A DNA stretch of 64,000 nt from Candidatus Obscuribacteraceae bacterium (GTDB lineage Bacteria; Cyanobacteriota; Vampirovibrionia; Obscuribacterales; Obscuribacteraceae): assembly GCA_044229845.1 (NCBI GenBank), contig JBGASG010000004.1, positions 64,001-128,000 of the forward strand. Reading direction: 5' to 3'. Shown piece by piece: positions 17,986-26,813 of the stretch. The notes under the pieces were generated by a model. The model did no database searches, was not told the origin of the DNA, and saw only the letters and a program-made list of their open reading frames with translations. The translations under genes and the position numbers were made by a program. The first letter of the stretch is position 1. Every line of letters begins with the position of its first letter.

Positions 17986-20796
17986 ATGGCCACCATAGAC
18001 ATCGCTCCACCCGATGCGCCGGACCAGGAGCCCAACAATAACAATGCCGGCAACCAGCATCAGACACCACCACCGGACTACACGGATTCGCGGCAGAATA
18101 CGCCGCCTCATGCAGATGACGAAGATCACGAGACTGATGAGTCCAAGCGGGCTTCCGGCAATAAGAACGCGCTTCTGGCTCTGGCACTGGCATTTGGCGC
18201 AGTGGTACCGACTGTGGTGCTAGCCGGTTTCGGCACAATCAACTTCGAAGGCATCTGGAGGCTGACATGCCGGTTGCCCGTCGAGACGATTGTCCAGATC
18301 GGTATGCTTTTGCTGGTGCCCCTGGCTAACGTGCTGGTTGCCGATGCGGCCAAGCGCAACAATCCCCGGCATCAGCTGAAATTAAGCGTGTTGCAGGGAT
18401 CGGCCATCGGCGTCAGCGGCATCGTCACCATCGCTTCTATGCTCGCCTATCTTGCCACACTCACCCCGGTTGGTGCCGCTCACAACATTGGTGCCAACTT
18501 TTCCTATTTGCTGATTTCCATGGTTTCGCTGGCGTCCACCGCATCAAGCCTTTACATAGGTTGGCTTTTGCGCAATACAAAAGAAACGCGTGCCGCGCGC
18601 AACAAGACCGTCATCTTCGCCGCCCTCGGCATGCTGATTGCCGTTGGTTCGCTCTTAGGATCGGAAGCGCGCTCGGCCTATATTCGTTTCGTCGAGTGGC
18701 AAGCCAGTTCTGAAACCGCCTCCGAGCGCGAGCAAGCAATTGATACGTTGCGCTCGCTCGGCACCGAGAAAGACTTGCGCATGGAGATTGCAGACGCACG
18801 CGTCGGCGGCTTTTCCGGCATCTTCTATGCCCTCAATCCATCGACTATCCGCCAGCTCTATTTCGCGGTCGCAGGCAAGCCCTATCTCGATCAATACACA
18901 GACATTGCCACCATGCCCAGCGAGTTTCTCTCGCGCGATATCGTCGGCGAAAAGATTCAAGGACTCTCGCTTCTGCGCTCGACCATGACCGGTTCCGTCA
19001 ATCCTGACAGTTTGACGAGCACAGTCAATTGGGTGTTCATCTTCAAGAATCGCTCCATGTTCAATCAGGAAGCTCGCGCTCAGATTGCTCTGCCAAACGG
19101 CGGCGTCGTCAGCGGCTTGACCCTCTCCGTCAACGGCAAACCGCAGTCGGCAGCCTTTGCCGGCAACGACCGCGTGACGGGTGCGTACAACTGGGTGGCC
19201 CACAGCAACCGGGATCCGGCACTCGTCACCTATTTAGGAAAGGAGCGCGTACTTCTGCAATGCGCACCGGTACCGGCGCAAGGCGAAATGAAAGTAGCGC
19301 TGGCCATATCTGCACCGGTCAATCTGCAAGCCAAATCGGATGCATCGATGTCCCTGCCCAAGCTGTTGAACACCAACTTCTCAGTGGTGCCCAATAACGA
19401 ACACACGCTGCGCTTGCGCACGCCGTCAGACGCCGAGATCACTATGGAGAAAGTGCGCAGAGCCAGCAACGGCACTCAGAGCATGGTCGTCGGCGAGCTG
19501 AAGGAAACCGAGATGACCGGCAGTGGATTGGCTCTGCGCCTGCATAAGCTGCCCGAATTCCAACCGGTGGCAGCCTACGATCCACTGAGCCGTTCGTATG
19601 TTGTGGAGACGGTCAAAGAAGTGGTGCCTACCGTACCCAGCAACCTGGTGATTGTCGTCGACGGCTCCGTGCGTATGAAAGACTCCGCCAAGCAGGTGCG
19701 TACTGTCCTGCAGAAACTGCCGCCGAACGTCAATGCCACCATGGTCGTGGCAGGCGACGGTAATGTCAGCGAGCCGGTCTCCATTGCCGAGGGACTGAAA
19801 CAACTCGACCATCTCAATTACAAGGGCGGTTGCGACAACCTGCGCGCAGTCGTCAAAGCAGCCGAGGTCGCTGGAGAAACACCACAGAGCGCCGTGCTCT
19901 GGTTGCACGGGCCCCAACCGAGTCTGAACAACGAAATGTACGCAATGGCCCCTTACGTGCACACGCCAAAATTCTTCGAAGTGGCACTGGACGGTGCTGA
20001 CAGCAACACCAGCGAATTCTTCAAGAACCATCGGGAAATCGGACCCTTCAGCGTCATCGCCGCCGGGCCCACTGCCGTTGGCGATCTGGAGCGGTATATA
20101 TATCGCTGGCATCCAGGCGGACGCGAGTTCATCTCCGACTTCAGCTGCACTTTTGAGAAACCGAGCTGCAGAATTCTGGACGCCAAAGCCAATCCGGAAC
20201 AAACTCGCGAATTGCTCGCGCTGGGCGCCAACAATCAATGCGAGAAACTGATTGCCAAAAACCATCGCAACCTGGCGGCGTCGCTGGCATCACAAGCACG
20301 CATCGTGTCGCAAATGACCGGCGCCGTCGTGCTCGAACGCGAGAGCGACTATCAGACCTGGCAATTGCGCCACACCGATGGACACCGGGCCGCCGAGATT
20401 CAAGGTGCCACCAACGCCACGATTGAACCTGTCGACAATGTTATAGCGCCCGATATGCAGGGTGCCACCAACGGCACTGTCGGTCCGCAGGGAGAAGATG
20501 CAACTGTGATCATGGGCGTCAACACCGCCGGCACAGTGCGCGTCAACAACCTGGCCAATCTGGAAGCCTTCTGGAACATCGTCTCCACCCTCGCCGAAAT
20601 CGTCCTTGTGATCATGGGCGGCACACAGCTCGTGCTGGCCGTGACCAAGAGCGAAAGCAAAGGCTTCTGCAGACGCACGGTCGGTCGCGTCGAACGCGCC
20701 CTCTGGGGATTGGCTTTGCTCGGAGGTGGATTGCTCCTGCCCAACATCGTCAACTGGATGGTGGCTTCGGCAAGAGATGCCAATCTCTTCAGCTAA
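17986..20796 (+). CDS. multi-TM VIT/vWA-like protein with C-terminal pilin-like TM hairpin
   Basis: About 5 N-terminal TMs; EARAQIALP..RDPALV VIT motif; VIVVDGS; WLHGPQP; GAVVLE; two C-terminal hydrophobic helices. Confidence 0.8.
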   Translation: MATIDIAPPDAPDQEPNNNNAGNQHQTPPPDYTDSRQNTPPHADDEDHETDESKRASGNKNALLALALAFGAVVPTVVLAGFGTINFEGIWRLTCRLPVETIVQIGMLLLVPLANVLVADAAKRNNPRHQLKLSVLQGSAIGVSGIVTIASMLAYLATLTPVGAAHNIGANFSYLLISMVSLASTASSLYIGWLLRNTKETRAARNKTVIFAALGMLIAVGSLLGSEARSAYIRFVEWQASSETASEREQAIDTLRSLGTEKDLRMEIADARVGGFSGIFYALNPSTIRQLYFAVAGKPYLDQYTDIATMPSEFLSRDIVGEKIQGLSLLRSTMTGSVNPDSLTSTVNWVFIFKNRSMFNQEARAQIALPNGGVVSGLTLSVNGKPQSAAFAGNDRVTGAYNWVAHSNRDPALVTYLGKERVLLQCAPVPAQGEMKVALAISAPVNLQAKSDASMSLPKLLNTNFSVVPNNEHTLRLRTPSDAEITMEKVRRASNGTQSMVVGELKETEMTGSGLALRLHKLPEFQPVAAYDPLSRSYVVETVKEVVPTVPSNLVIVVDGSVRMKDSAKQVRTVLQKLPPNVNATMVVAGDGNVSEPVSIAEGLKQLDHLNYKGGCDNLRAVVKAAEVAGETPQSAVLWLHGPQPSLNNEMYAMAPYVHTPKFFEVALDGADSNTSEFFKNHREIGPFSVIAAGPTAVGDLERYIYRWHPGGREFISDFSCTFEKPSCRILDAKANPEQTRELLALGANNQCEKLIAKNHRNLAASLASQARIVSQMTGAVVLERESDYQTWQLRHTDGHRAAEIQGATNATIEPVDNVIAPDMQGATNGTVGPQGEDATVIMGVNTAGTVRVNNLANLEAFWNIVSTLAEIVLVIMGGTQLVLAVTKSESKGFCRRTVGRVERALWGLALLGGGLLLPNIVNWMVASARDANLFS

Positions 20797-20852
20797 GTCG
20801 GCGCCCCGCTAACTCACCGACCCGCGTTTACTTTTCCCACGAGAGAGAAACC

Positions 20853-20890
20853 CTGAAGCCCCGGCGAAAGCCGGGGTTTCAGTTTCTTTG
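20853..20890 (+). terminator. intrinsic terminator
   Basis: CTGAAGCCCCGGC-GAAA-GCCGGGGTTTCAG followed by a T-rich tail. Confidence 0.75.
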
Positions 20891-21005
20891 AGGTCCGGTT
20901 TTTCAATTCCTCCGACATGCAGGTCCCCGGTGTCCATATGGCAGTTTGCGAGAGAGCCTCTGCCGTGATGTTCTGGTGCGAAAAAATCACCGCAATCTGT
21001 CGGCT

Positions 21006-21042
21006 AAAAACCAGAACAGCCGGCAGATTGCCGGCTGTTCTG
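21006..21042 (-). terminator. intrinsic terminator of the small ORF
   Basis: 14-bp stem CAGAACAGCCGGCA/TGCCGGCTGTTCTG with A5 on + (U5 on -). Confidence 0.75.
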
Positions 21043-21092
21043 ATCTATCGCGCTAAAACTTGTGAGGTATCAGGTGATGACTTGATTTGGAC

Positions 21093-21179
21093 TTAGATTC
21101 CGAGATAACGAGAAACGAGGACAACGCGCTCATTCATGATCAAGGCATATTTGTTGAATCCGATTCTTACCGTTGCCAT
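21093..21179 (-). CDS. small protein, 28 aa (MATVRIGFNKYALIMNERVVLVSRYLGI)
   Basis: Manual translation; GAGG..AGGA RBS; dedicated terminator about 50 nt downstream. Confidence 0.55.
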   Translation of the reverse strand: MATVRIGFNKYALIMNERVVLVSRYLGI

Positions 21180-21460
21180 TGTCCTGGACCTCTGATTTGC
21201 CTCACGCGATAACATTAACTCCGGCCCGGACCAACTTAAATGTTGATTCCGGCAAACCTGAGTGCGTAATTGTGCACTTCCCGTAAACGCCGATTGGGTT
21301 TCCCTTTACACGGTTAGACCAGTCGGCTAGCAAATAGTTCCTGGTGCGCAAAACAAAATTCTGTTATCGGCCGCCGAGCGCAGCGAGTTTCTAACCAAGA
21401 CCCGCATGGCAAGCCGGTTTGGTGCATTACGTAAGGAGTTTGTAAGCTGGCGCGACCGGT

Positions 21461-22201
21461 TTAGAAACCGTTGGCAGGACCGGATCCCAGGAAGCGGCTA
21501 ACTTTGGTCTGCATCTGTGGGTTCGACTTGATCAGCCCGTTCATGATGTTGGGATAGAGCAAGATACCGGCAACGGCTGCCGTCGCGCCAACTTCCTGCT
21601 GGCTCATGCCGAACATCGCCTTGCACGGATCGGGCGCCGGCTGCTGCATCGCTGATGCCGGAACAACAATCACTTGCACGTTAGAAGGCATGCTGTTGTT
21701 GTACATCATGTTGCCTTGCATGCCCATGTTGCCTTGCATGCCCATGTTGCCTCGCATGCCCATGTTGCCTTGCATGCCCATGTTGCCTTGCATGCCCATG
21801 TTGCCTTGCATGCCCATGTTGCCTTGCGTCGGCAGAGTCATGGGGATAGAGTCACCCATGTACTCGGGTTCTTCGTTCATCTGAGGCTGCATCGACTGCA
21901 TCTGCGGCTGCATCTGCTGCTGCATCTGGGGTGGCGTGCCGACATCCACGACCGTGGTCCCGGCGGCGGAGTTGAGGCTATTACCAATATCGCTCATCCA
22001 CTTGGGCTGCCCCATAGCGGGAGCCTGCTGCACCGGCGTGCCGACATTCACCACCGTTGTACCGGCAGCAGAATTGAGACTGTTGCCGATGTCGGTCATC
22101 CATTTGGGCTGTCCGGCGTCTTGCGCAAGTGCGGCGGGAGCCGCCAGCAAACATGCCGAAAGCAGCGCGACTGAGAGCGAAATCGTGTTAGACCGGCTCA
22201 T
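21461..22201 (-). CDS. secreted Gln/Met-rich repeat protein
   Basis: Signal peptide ending ALA-QD; duplicated GQPKWMxDIGNSLNSAAGTTVV block; (QGNMGM)n. Confidence 0.75.
   Translation of the reverse strand: MSRSNTISLSVALLSACLLAAPAALAQDAGQPKWMTDIGNSLNSAAGTTVVNVGTPVQQAPAMGQPKWMSDIGNSLNSAAGTTVVDVGTPPQMQQQMQPQMQSMQPQMNEEPEYMGDSIPMTLPTQGNMGMQGNMGMQGNMGMQGNMGMRGNMGMQGNMGMQGNMMYNNSMPSNVQVIVVPASAMQQPAPDPCKAMFGMSQQEVGATAAVAGILLYPNIMNGLIKSNPQMQTKVSRFLGSGPANGF
21707..21826. repeat. 18-bp tandem repeat, about 6.7 copies
   Basis: CATGTTGCCTTGCATGCC units with one variant; encodes QGNMGM. Confidence 0.95.
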
Positions 22202-22288
22202 AAGCTTATATCCCATTGATTCAGGTAATGGGATGATATGGCCGGTTGACGACCAGGTCAATGCGGAAAACCGGCGGCTTGATAAGGC

Positions 22289-23683
22289 TTACCAGCCGAC
22301 ATACGACTCTGGATCCACGCTGAACTGCGAATGCCTTTTCCGGACGTCATCGCTGTATTGCTTGTTGCGCAGCAACTCGAGAGCCCGCTTCAACTGCGCA
22401 TCCTCCGGCGACAACGGCATCGCTTTTTCGGGATTGGCCACGACGATGTCCGGTGTCAGCCCGATTCTTTCCTTGTTGCCGTCGCCAAACCAGTCCTTGT
22501 GCGGAGAATAATATCGAGTTGAAGTCACCTTCACAGCCGCGGCGCCGGTGGGAATGATTTCTTGAGCCACTCCCTTGCCGAAGGTTTGGCTGCCGACCAC
22601 AATTGCGGCTCCATTGTCGCGAATGGCTGCGGCTGCCATCTCAGAAGCAGACGCACTGTACTCGTTGACTAGAATCACAACTGGTTTGTCTACAATGTCC
22701 TTTTCCTTCTTGAACGTCTGGCGCCCAGTACGTCCGTCCGTGGCAGTGATTGTGACTGTGCCGTCGGTTGCTTTGGACGAAACGTTGTAGTCCTCCGTGA
22801 TCCAGACTGGATGAGCGGGATCGGACTCAAGGCGACTTCGGGTCGAAACCAGGGTGCCGTCGCCGACAAAGAGCGATGCAATCTTGAGCGCGTTGTTCAC
22901 GGAGCCGCCTGGATTGAAGCGCAAATCGAGGATGTATGCCTTGGCGTCTTTGTTCTTCAAAAGCGCAGCCTTCACCTGGTCGGACGCGTCGTCTTGCAGG
23001 AAGGTAGAGAGCGAGATGTAGGCAACATTACCATCCAACATTTTTTCCTCGACCACAGGCGCTTTCACCTGCGCCCGCGTGATCTTGAACGGCATCTCCT
23101 TTCCGTCGCGAGTGACGGTGAGAAGCACGTCGGTTCCGGTCTTGCCACGAATTAGATCGAGCGCATCAACTTGCTTGAATTCGTTCAAATCCAGTCCGTT
23201 CACTTTGGTGATCACATCGCCGTAGCGCAACCCGGCTTTCTGCGCGGGACCTCCGTCAAATACTCGCTGGACCGTCAGGGGTCCTTTTGCTTGATCATCG
23301 GGTGATGACTGGATCGAGATACCAATTCCGCTGAAGCCGCCATCGACTTTCTGAGTCAGGGCTTTCAATTTGTCCGGGTCGAGAATTTCGGTGAAAGGGT
23401 CCCCGAGAGAGGCGACAGCTTGTTCCGCGTATTTGTAAGCATCCTCTGTGCTTTTCACGTCGCAACTGTACCGGTTCAAGAACTCGTCTCGGTTGCCCAG
23501 AACCGACGGGTCGTAGATGTTGCGCATGGTGACCTGCAGCAACTCGTCATAAATCGGATTTCTGACGCAGGCATCCTGCGGGGAATTCAAGTAACCCTTC
23601 AGAAAGTCCAGAAGTCCAGCGGTTGTGCTGGTTTGCGGCGGGTCGCCGCCCGCATCGCTCAATAATTCAATGCCACTTCCCAT
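22289..23683 (-). CDS. S41A carboxy-terminal processing protease (PDZ + S41)
   Basis: GIGI PDZ loop, LDLRFNPGG, SASASE, TFGKG; no signal peptide. Confidence 0.92.
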   Translation of the reverse strand: MGSGIELLSDAGGDPPQTSTTAGLLDFLKGYLNSPQDACVRNPIYDELLQVTMRNIYDPSVLGNRDEFLNRYSCDVKSTEDAYKYAEQAVASLGDPFTEILDPDKLKALTQKVDGGFSGIGISIQSSPDDQAKGPLTVQRVFDGGPAQKAGLRYGDVITKVNGLDLNEFKQVDALDLIRGKTGTDVLLTVTRDGKEMPFKITRAQVKAPVVEEKMLDGNVAYISLSTFLQDDASDQVKAALLKNKDAKAYILDLRFNPGGSVNNALKIASLFVGDGTLVSTRSRLESDPAHPVWITEDYNVSSKATDGTVTITATDGRTGRQTFKKEKDIVDKPVVILVNEYSASASEMAAAAIRDNGAAIVVGSQTFGKGVAQEIIPTGAAAVKVTSTRYYSPHKDWFGDGNKERIGLTPDIVVANPEKAMPLSPEDAQLKRALELLRNKQYSDDVRKRHSQFSVDPESYVGW

Positions 23684-23848
23684 TTCGAAACGCCTCTGTC
23701 TGCCCAACAACCACTCATGTGGTCGTCGGTTGGGTAATCTAGACAGCCGTCACTGCTCCGATTGCGCCGGGACCATCCCAGACAGGATGATCATCGTTCG
23801 AGGATAGCCATGCACGTGTCTATGCAAATCGCGTGCAGATTTGACAGA

Positions 23849-25282
23849 TTATCTTGTTTTTGTCGGCGGCTTAACGAACATCGACGCAGCAGCCAACTGG
23901 ACATCGCGGCTGCTACCATATACGGTGCCGGCGGTGTTTTCAATTTCGTAATCAGGTTTCAATCCAGGACGGTTCTTATAGCCGTCACCGGGGTCTCTGC
24001 CTTTGGGCGTCAGATAGTTGAAGTTAGTGACCAGCATTTCGGAATTGCCGGGCAGGTTCTTGATCCACAGCTGTCCGCGTCCTTTGCCGAACGTTGATGT
24101 GCCGACAACCATCGCTACATTGTTGTCCTGCAACGCGCCTACCAGAATCTCGGCTGCCGAGGCTGTGTACTTATCTGTGAGCACGACAATTTGCTTGCCT
24201 TCAGCCATATAGGGGGTACGCAAAGTGCTGCGGATCACTTTCGGCTCCTGCCCAGGAACGGTCAGCATCTTGGTGATGTTTTTGTCATCGATACGATGCT
24301 CGATCATGTTGTATCTGTCTTCGCCTTCGCGGCGCTCACGCGTGCGCAGAACGGTGCCCGACCGCATGAAGAAGCCGGCAATTTCAACGGCTTCATCGAG
24401 TAATCCACCGGGGTTGCCGCGCAGATCGAGCACAATGGCTTGAGCATTCTGGCGGCGCTGCAGCGCGTCGAACATCATGTTGGAAAGGGTCTCTTTCTTA
24501 AAGTCATTGATCCTGATGTAGGCGGTGCGATCATCGAGCATGCGGTCAGTCAACGGCTCGTCGGCCGCGGGACGATTGAGAGTGAGCGGAATCAGCTTGT
24601 CGCCGCGCATGACCTCAACCGTGATCGGCTGATTCTTGTCTCCGCGCATGGCCAGTTGTGCTTCGTCGAACTCCAGACGCCGCAGGTCGATGTTGCTGGC
24701 GGTTACTATCCGGTCTCCTGGCAGCAGTCCGCTCTTCTTGGCGGCAGAATTGTCCGCGACCGATTCCACCTCCAGACCGCTGGGACCAAGCGGACCCGAC
24801 CCTTTGTACTTGAACCGGGCATCAATACCGGTGATCTGAGGCAAAGCTCGCGCCACATCAGTAGGCAAGGCAACACGCGTGAAAGGGTCGCCGATTTTGG
24901 CTACCTCAATCTTGGCGAAGCGCGCGGCGTCGTCATCGCTCTTGATCAGACAGTTGTACCGGCTGCGAATCGCGTCGACCGGCAACGAACGCGGCACGTA
25001 GTAGAGATTGTTGGCTTTATCGATGAACTGCTGGTACGTCGGCGAGGCGGGACACGCCTGGTCGCCAGTTTTGGGAACCACGGTGACGCTCTCGGGCGGA
25101 CGGCTGGGTCCGCCCTGTGCCTGAGCAATCAAGGAATCGGGATCGGCATCGGCAATCTGCGTCACAGTCGCCCCTTTCGGCAATCCGTCCGCATACTCGG
25201 CCGACAAAGGGCTCTCACCTGATGGGGGGTTTTTGCCACCAGGCGTGAAATCTTCGTGCTTGTCGGTCGTTGCGGAAGCCAT
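23849..25282 (-). CDS. S41A carboxy-terminal processing protease, tandem paralog
   Basis: GDPFT, LDLRGNPGG, TASAAE, TFGKG; no signal peptide. Confidence 0.92.
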   Translation of the reverse strand: MASATTDKHEDFTPGGKNPPSGESPLSAEYADGLPKGATVTQIADADPDSLIAQAQGGPSRPPESVTVVPKTGDQACPASPTYQQFIDKANNLYYVPRSLPVDAIRSRYNCLIKSDDDAARFAKIEVAKIGDPFTRVALPTDVARALPQITGIDARFKYKGSGPLGPSGLEVESVADNSAAKKSGLLPGDRIVTASNIDLRRLEFDEAQLAMRGDKNQPITVEVMRGDKLIPLTLNRPAADEPLTDRMLDDRTAYIRINDFKKETLSNMMFDALQRRQNAQAIVLDLRGNPGGLLDEAVEIAGFFMRSGTVLRTRERREGEDRYNMIEHRIDDKNITKMLTVPGQEPKVIRSTLRTPYMAEGKQIVVLTDKYTASAAEILVGALQDNNVAMVVGTSTFGKGRGQLWIKNLPGNSEMLVTNFNYLTPKGRDPGDGYKNRPGLKPDYEIENTAGTVYGSSRDVQLAAASMFVKPPTKTR

Positions 25283-25364
25283 CGGGGACACCATCACCGC
25301 GTTCTATATACCCTGAAAGCCTGGTTTTAGAACATCTGCGGCTGTCGCCGCAGAGTTTCACGCT

Positions 25365-25877
25365 TCAAAATAGAGCCATGACTCCGAGCACAGTTAACAT
25401 GGCACCACACGCTCTGTTGATCCAGACAAGTCCGTCTTCGGATACCTTTTTACCGATGGCACCAGCGGCGGTGCTCAAAACAAACCACCAGACGGCCGAG
25501 CCCACGAAGACTCCCAGCACCACGAGCGGACTGTTCATCGGTCCCGAAGCTGACAGGGACGAGAACACAGCGGCGAAGGACAATATCGTCATCGGGTTGG
25601 TGAGGGTCAACAACAGGGTGGACAGAAAGCTCATCAAAAGTCCGCGCCCTTCCACACTGGCAGACCGCGTGGCGACAGGGGCGCAGGCAGTCTTCAGTCC
25701 CAGAGCCGCCGCCATTCCGTAGACCGCGTCTGCGCAAGCCGCTCCCAATCCAGACAAGAAACCGCTCAAGCGCCAGTCAGACAGAGTTCGCTTGATGCAC
25801 AGAAGACCAATCGGTCCAACCGGTGCAGCGATAGAAAACCCGATAATCGCACCTTTGCAAAACAGTTCGAAAGCCAT
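25365..25877 (-). CDS. LysE-family translocator, apparently with an internal in-frame deletion
   Basis: IAAPVGPIGLLCI, GLGAACADAVYG, LTLTNPMTILSF, GVFVGSAVWW; only 170 aa. Confidence 0.85.
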   Translation of the reverse strand: MAFELFCKGAIIGFSIAAPVGPIGLLCIKRTLSDWRLSGFLSGLGAACADAVYGMAAALGLKTACAPVATRSASVEGRGLLMSFLSTLLLTLTNPMTILSFAAVFSSLSASGPMNSPLVVLGVFVGSAVWWFVLSTAAGAIGKKVSEDGLVWINRACGAMLTVLGVMALF

Positions 25878-25955
25878 GATGTTTCTCTCCATAAAGGATT
25901 CAGGGGCAACGCGTTGCGCATTGCCCCTGAGTAATTCTTTCAGTGCCCGCGCGTG

Positions 25956-25994
25956 CTACAGATGGCGATTATTATTCTGTTGATTGGCGCGCAT
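25956..25994 (-). CDS. putative leader peptide MRANQQNNNRHL
   Basis: 12-aa ORF between the promoter and the hairpin preceding lysE; AAAAGG upstream. Confidence 0.5.
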   Translation of the reverse strand: MRANQQNNNRHL

Positions 25995-26025
25995 GGCGAA
26001 TGCCTTTTGAGGGGAGAACGATTTC

Positions 26026-26054
26026 AGCTTAAGGGCGGGTGACCACATTGTCAA
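26026..26054 (-). promoter_or_regulatory. sigma70 promoter for leader + lysE
   Basis: TTGACA-N17-TAAGCT on the minus strand. Confidence 0.7.
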
Positions 26055-26125
26055 TGCGCGGTAAACACAATTTATTGCACCGGATACGGTGCGGGAATTA
26101 GAATGAGATCTGATATTATTAATGC

Positions 26126-26797
26126 ATGGCTAAAATACTGCTGGTGGAAGATGACAAAGATCTGTTGGGCATGGTGCGCACCATGCTGCAGGCTGAACAT
26201 CACACGGTAGAAGCGCTCACCGACGGCAGTGACGCGGCCCAGCACCTGCGCATTTATCCCTACGACATCATCGTCCTTGACTGGGAGCTGCCCGGAGCCA
26301 GCGGCATCGAGATCCTCAGGCAATTCCGCTCCGGCGGCGGCAAGACGCCAATCATCATGCTCACCGGCAGAGACAAGATCGACGATAAAGAGCTGGGGTT
26401 GGAAATCGGTGCCGACGACTATCTGACCAAACCCTTTGCCATGCGCGAACTGTCGGCCCGCATCAAAGCGCTGTTGCGGCGCAGTCCGCAGGTCAGCGAT
26501 AACATACTGGCGGCAGGCGATATCGAGCTCGACCCTTCAAAGTATCGGGTCACCAAAAACGGCAATCCCTTGCAGCTTCTGCCCAAAGAATTTGCCGTTC
26601 TGGAGTTTTTGCTGCGTCACCCAAATCAGGTTTTCACCGCCGATGCGCTGCTCGACCGCGTCTGGAAATCCGACAGTGAAGCGACTGCAGAAGCGCTGCG
26701 TACAACCATGAAACGGCTGCGCAAGAAGATCGAAAACGCTGACGGACCGCAGTTAATTCGCACCGTCCATGGTGTCGGTTACGTGCTCGACAAATAG
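26126..26797 (+). CDS. OmpR/PhoB-family response regulator (orphan paralog of 9261..9932)
   Basis: VEDD, LDWELPG, GADDYLTKPF, LLPKEF..RHPN..IRTVHGVGY. Confidence 0.95.
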   Translation: MAKILLVEDDKDLLGMVRTMLQAEHHTVEALTDGSDAAQHLRIYPYDIIVLDWELPGASGIEILRQFRSGGGKTPIIMLTGRDKIDDKELGLEIGADDYLTKPFAMRELSARIKALLRRSPQVSDNILAAGDIELDPSKYRVTKNGNPLQLLPKEFAVLEFLLRHPNQVFTADALLDRVWKSDSEATAEALRTTMKRLRKKIENADGPQLIRTVHGVGYVLDK

Positions 26798-26813
26798 CTC
26801 GACAAACAACGCT

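Noticed and set aside
21707..21826. CRISPR-like repeat
   Set aside because: Contiguous coding tandem repeat without spacers.
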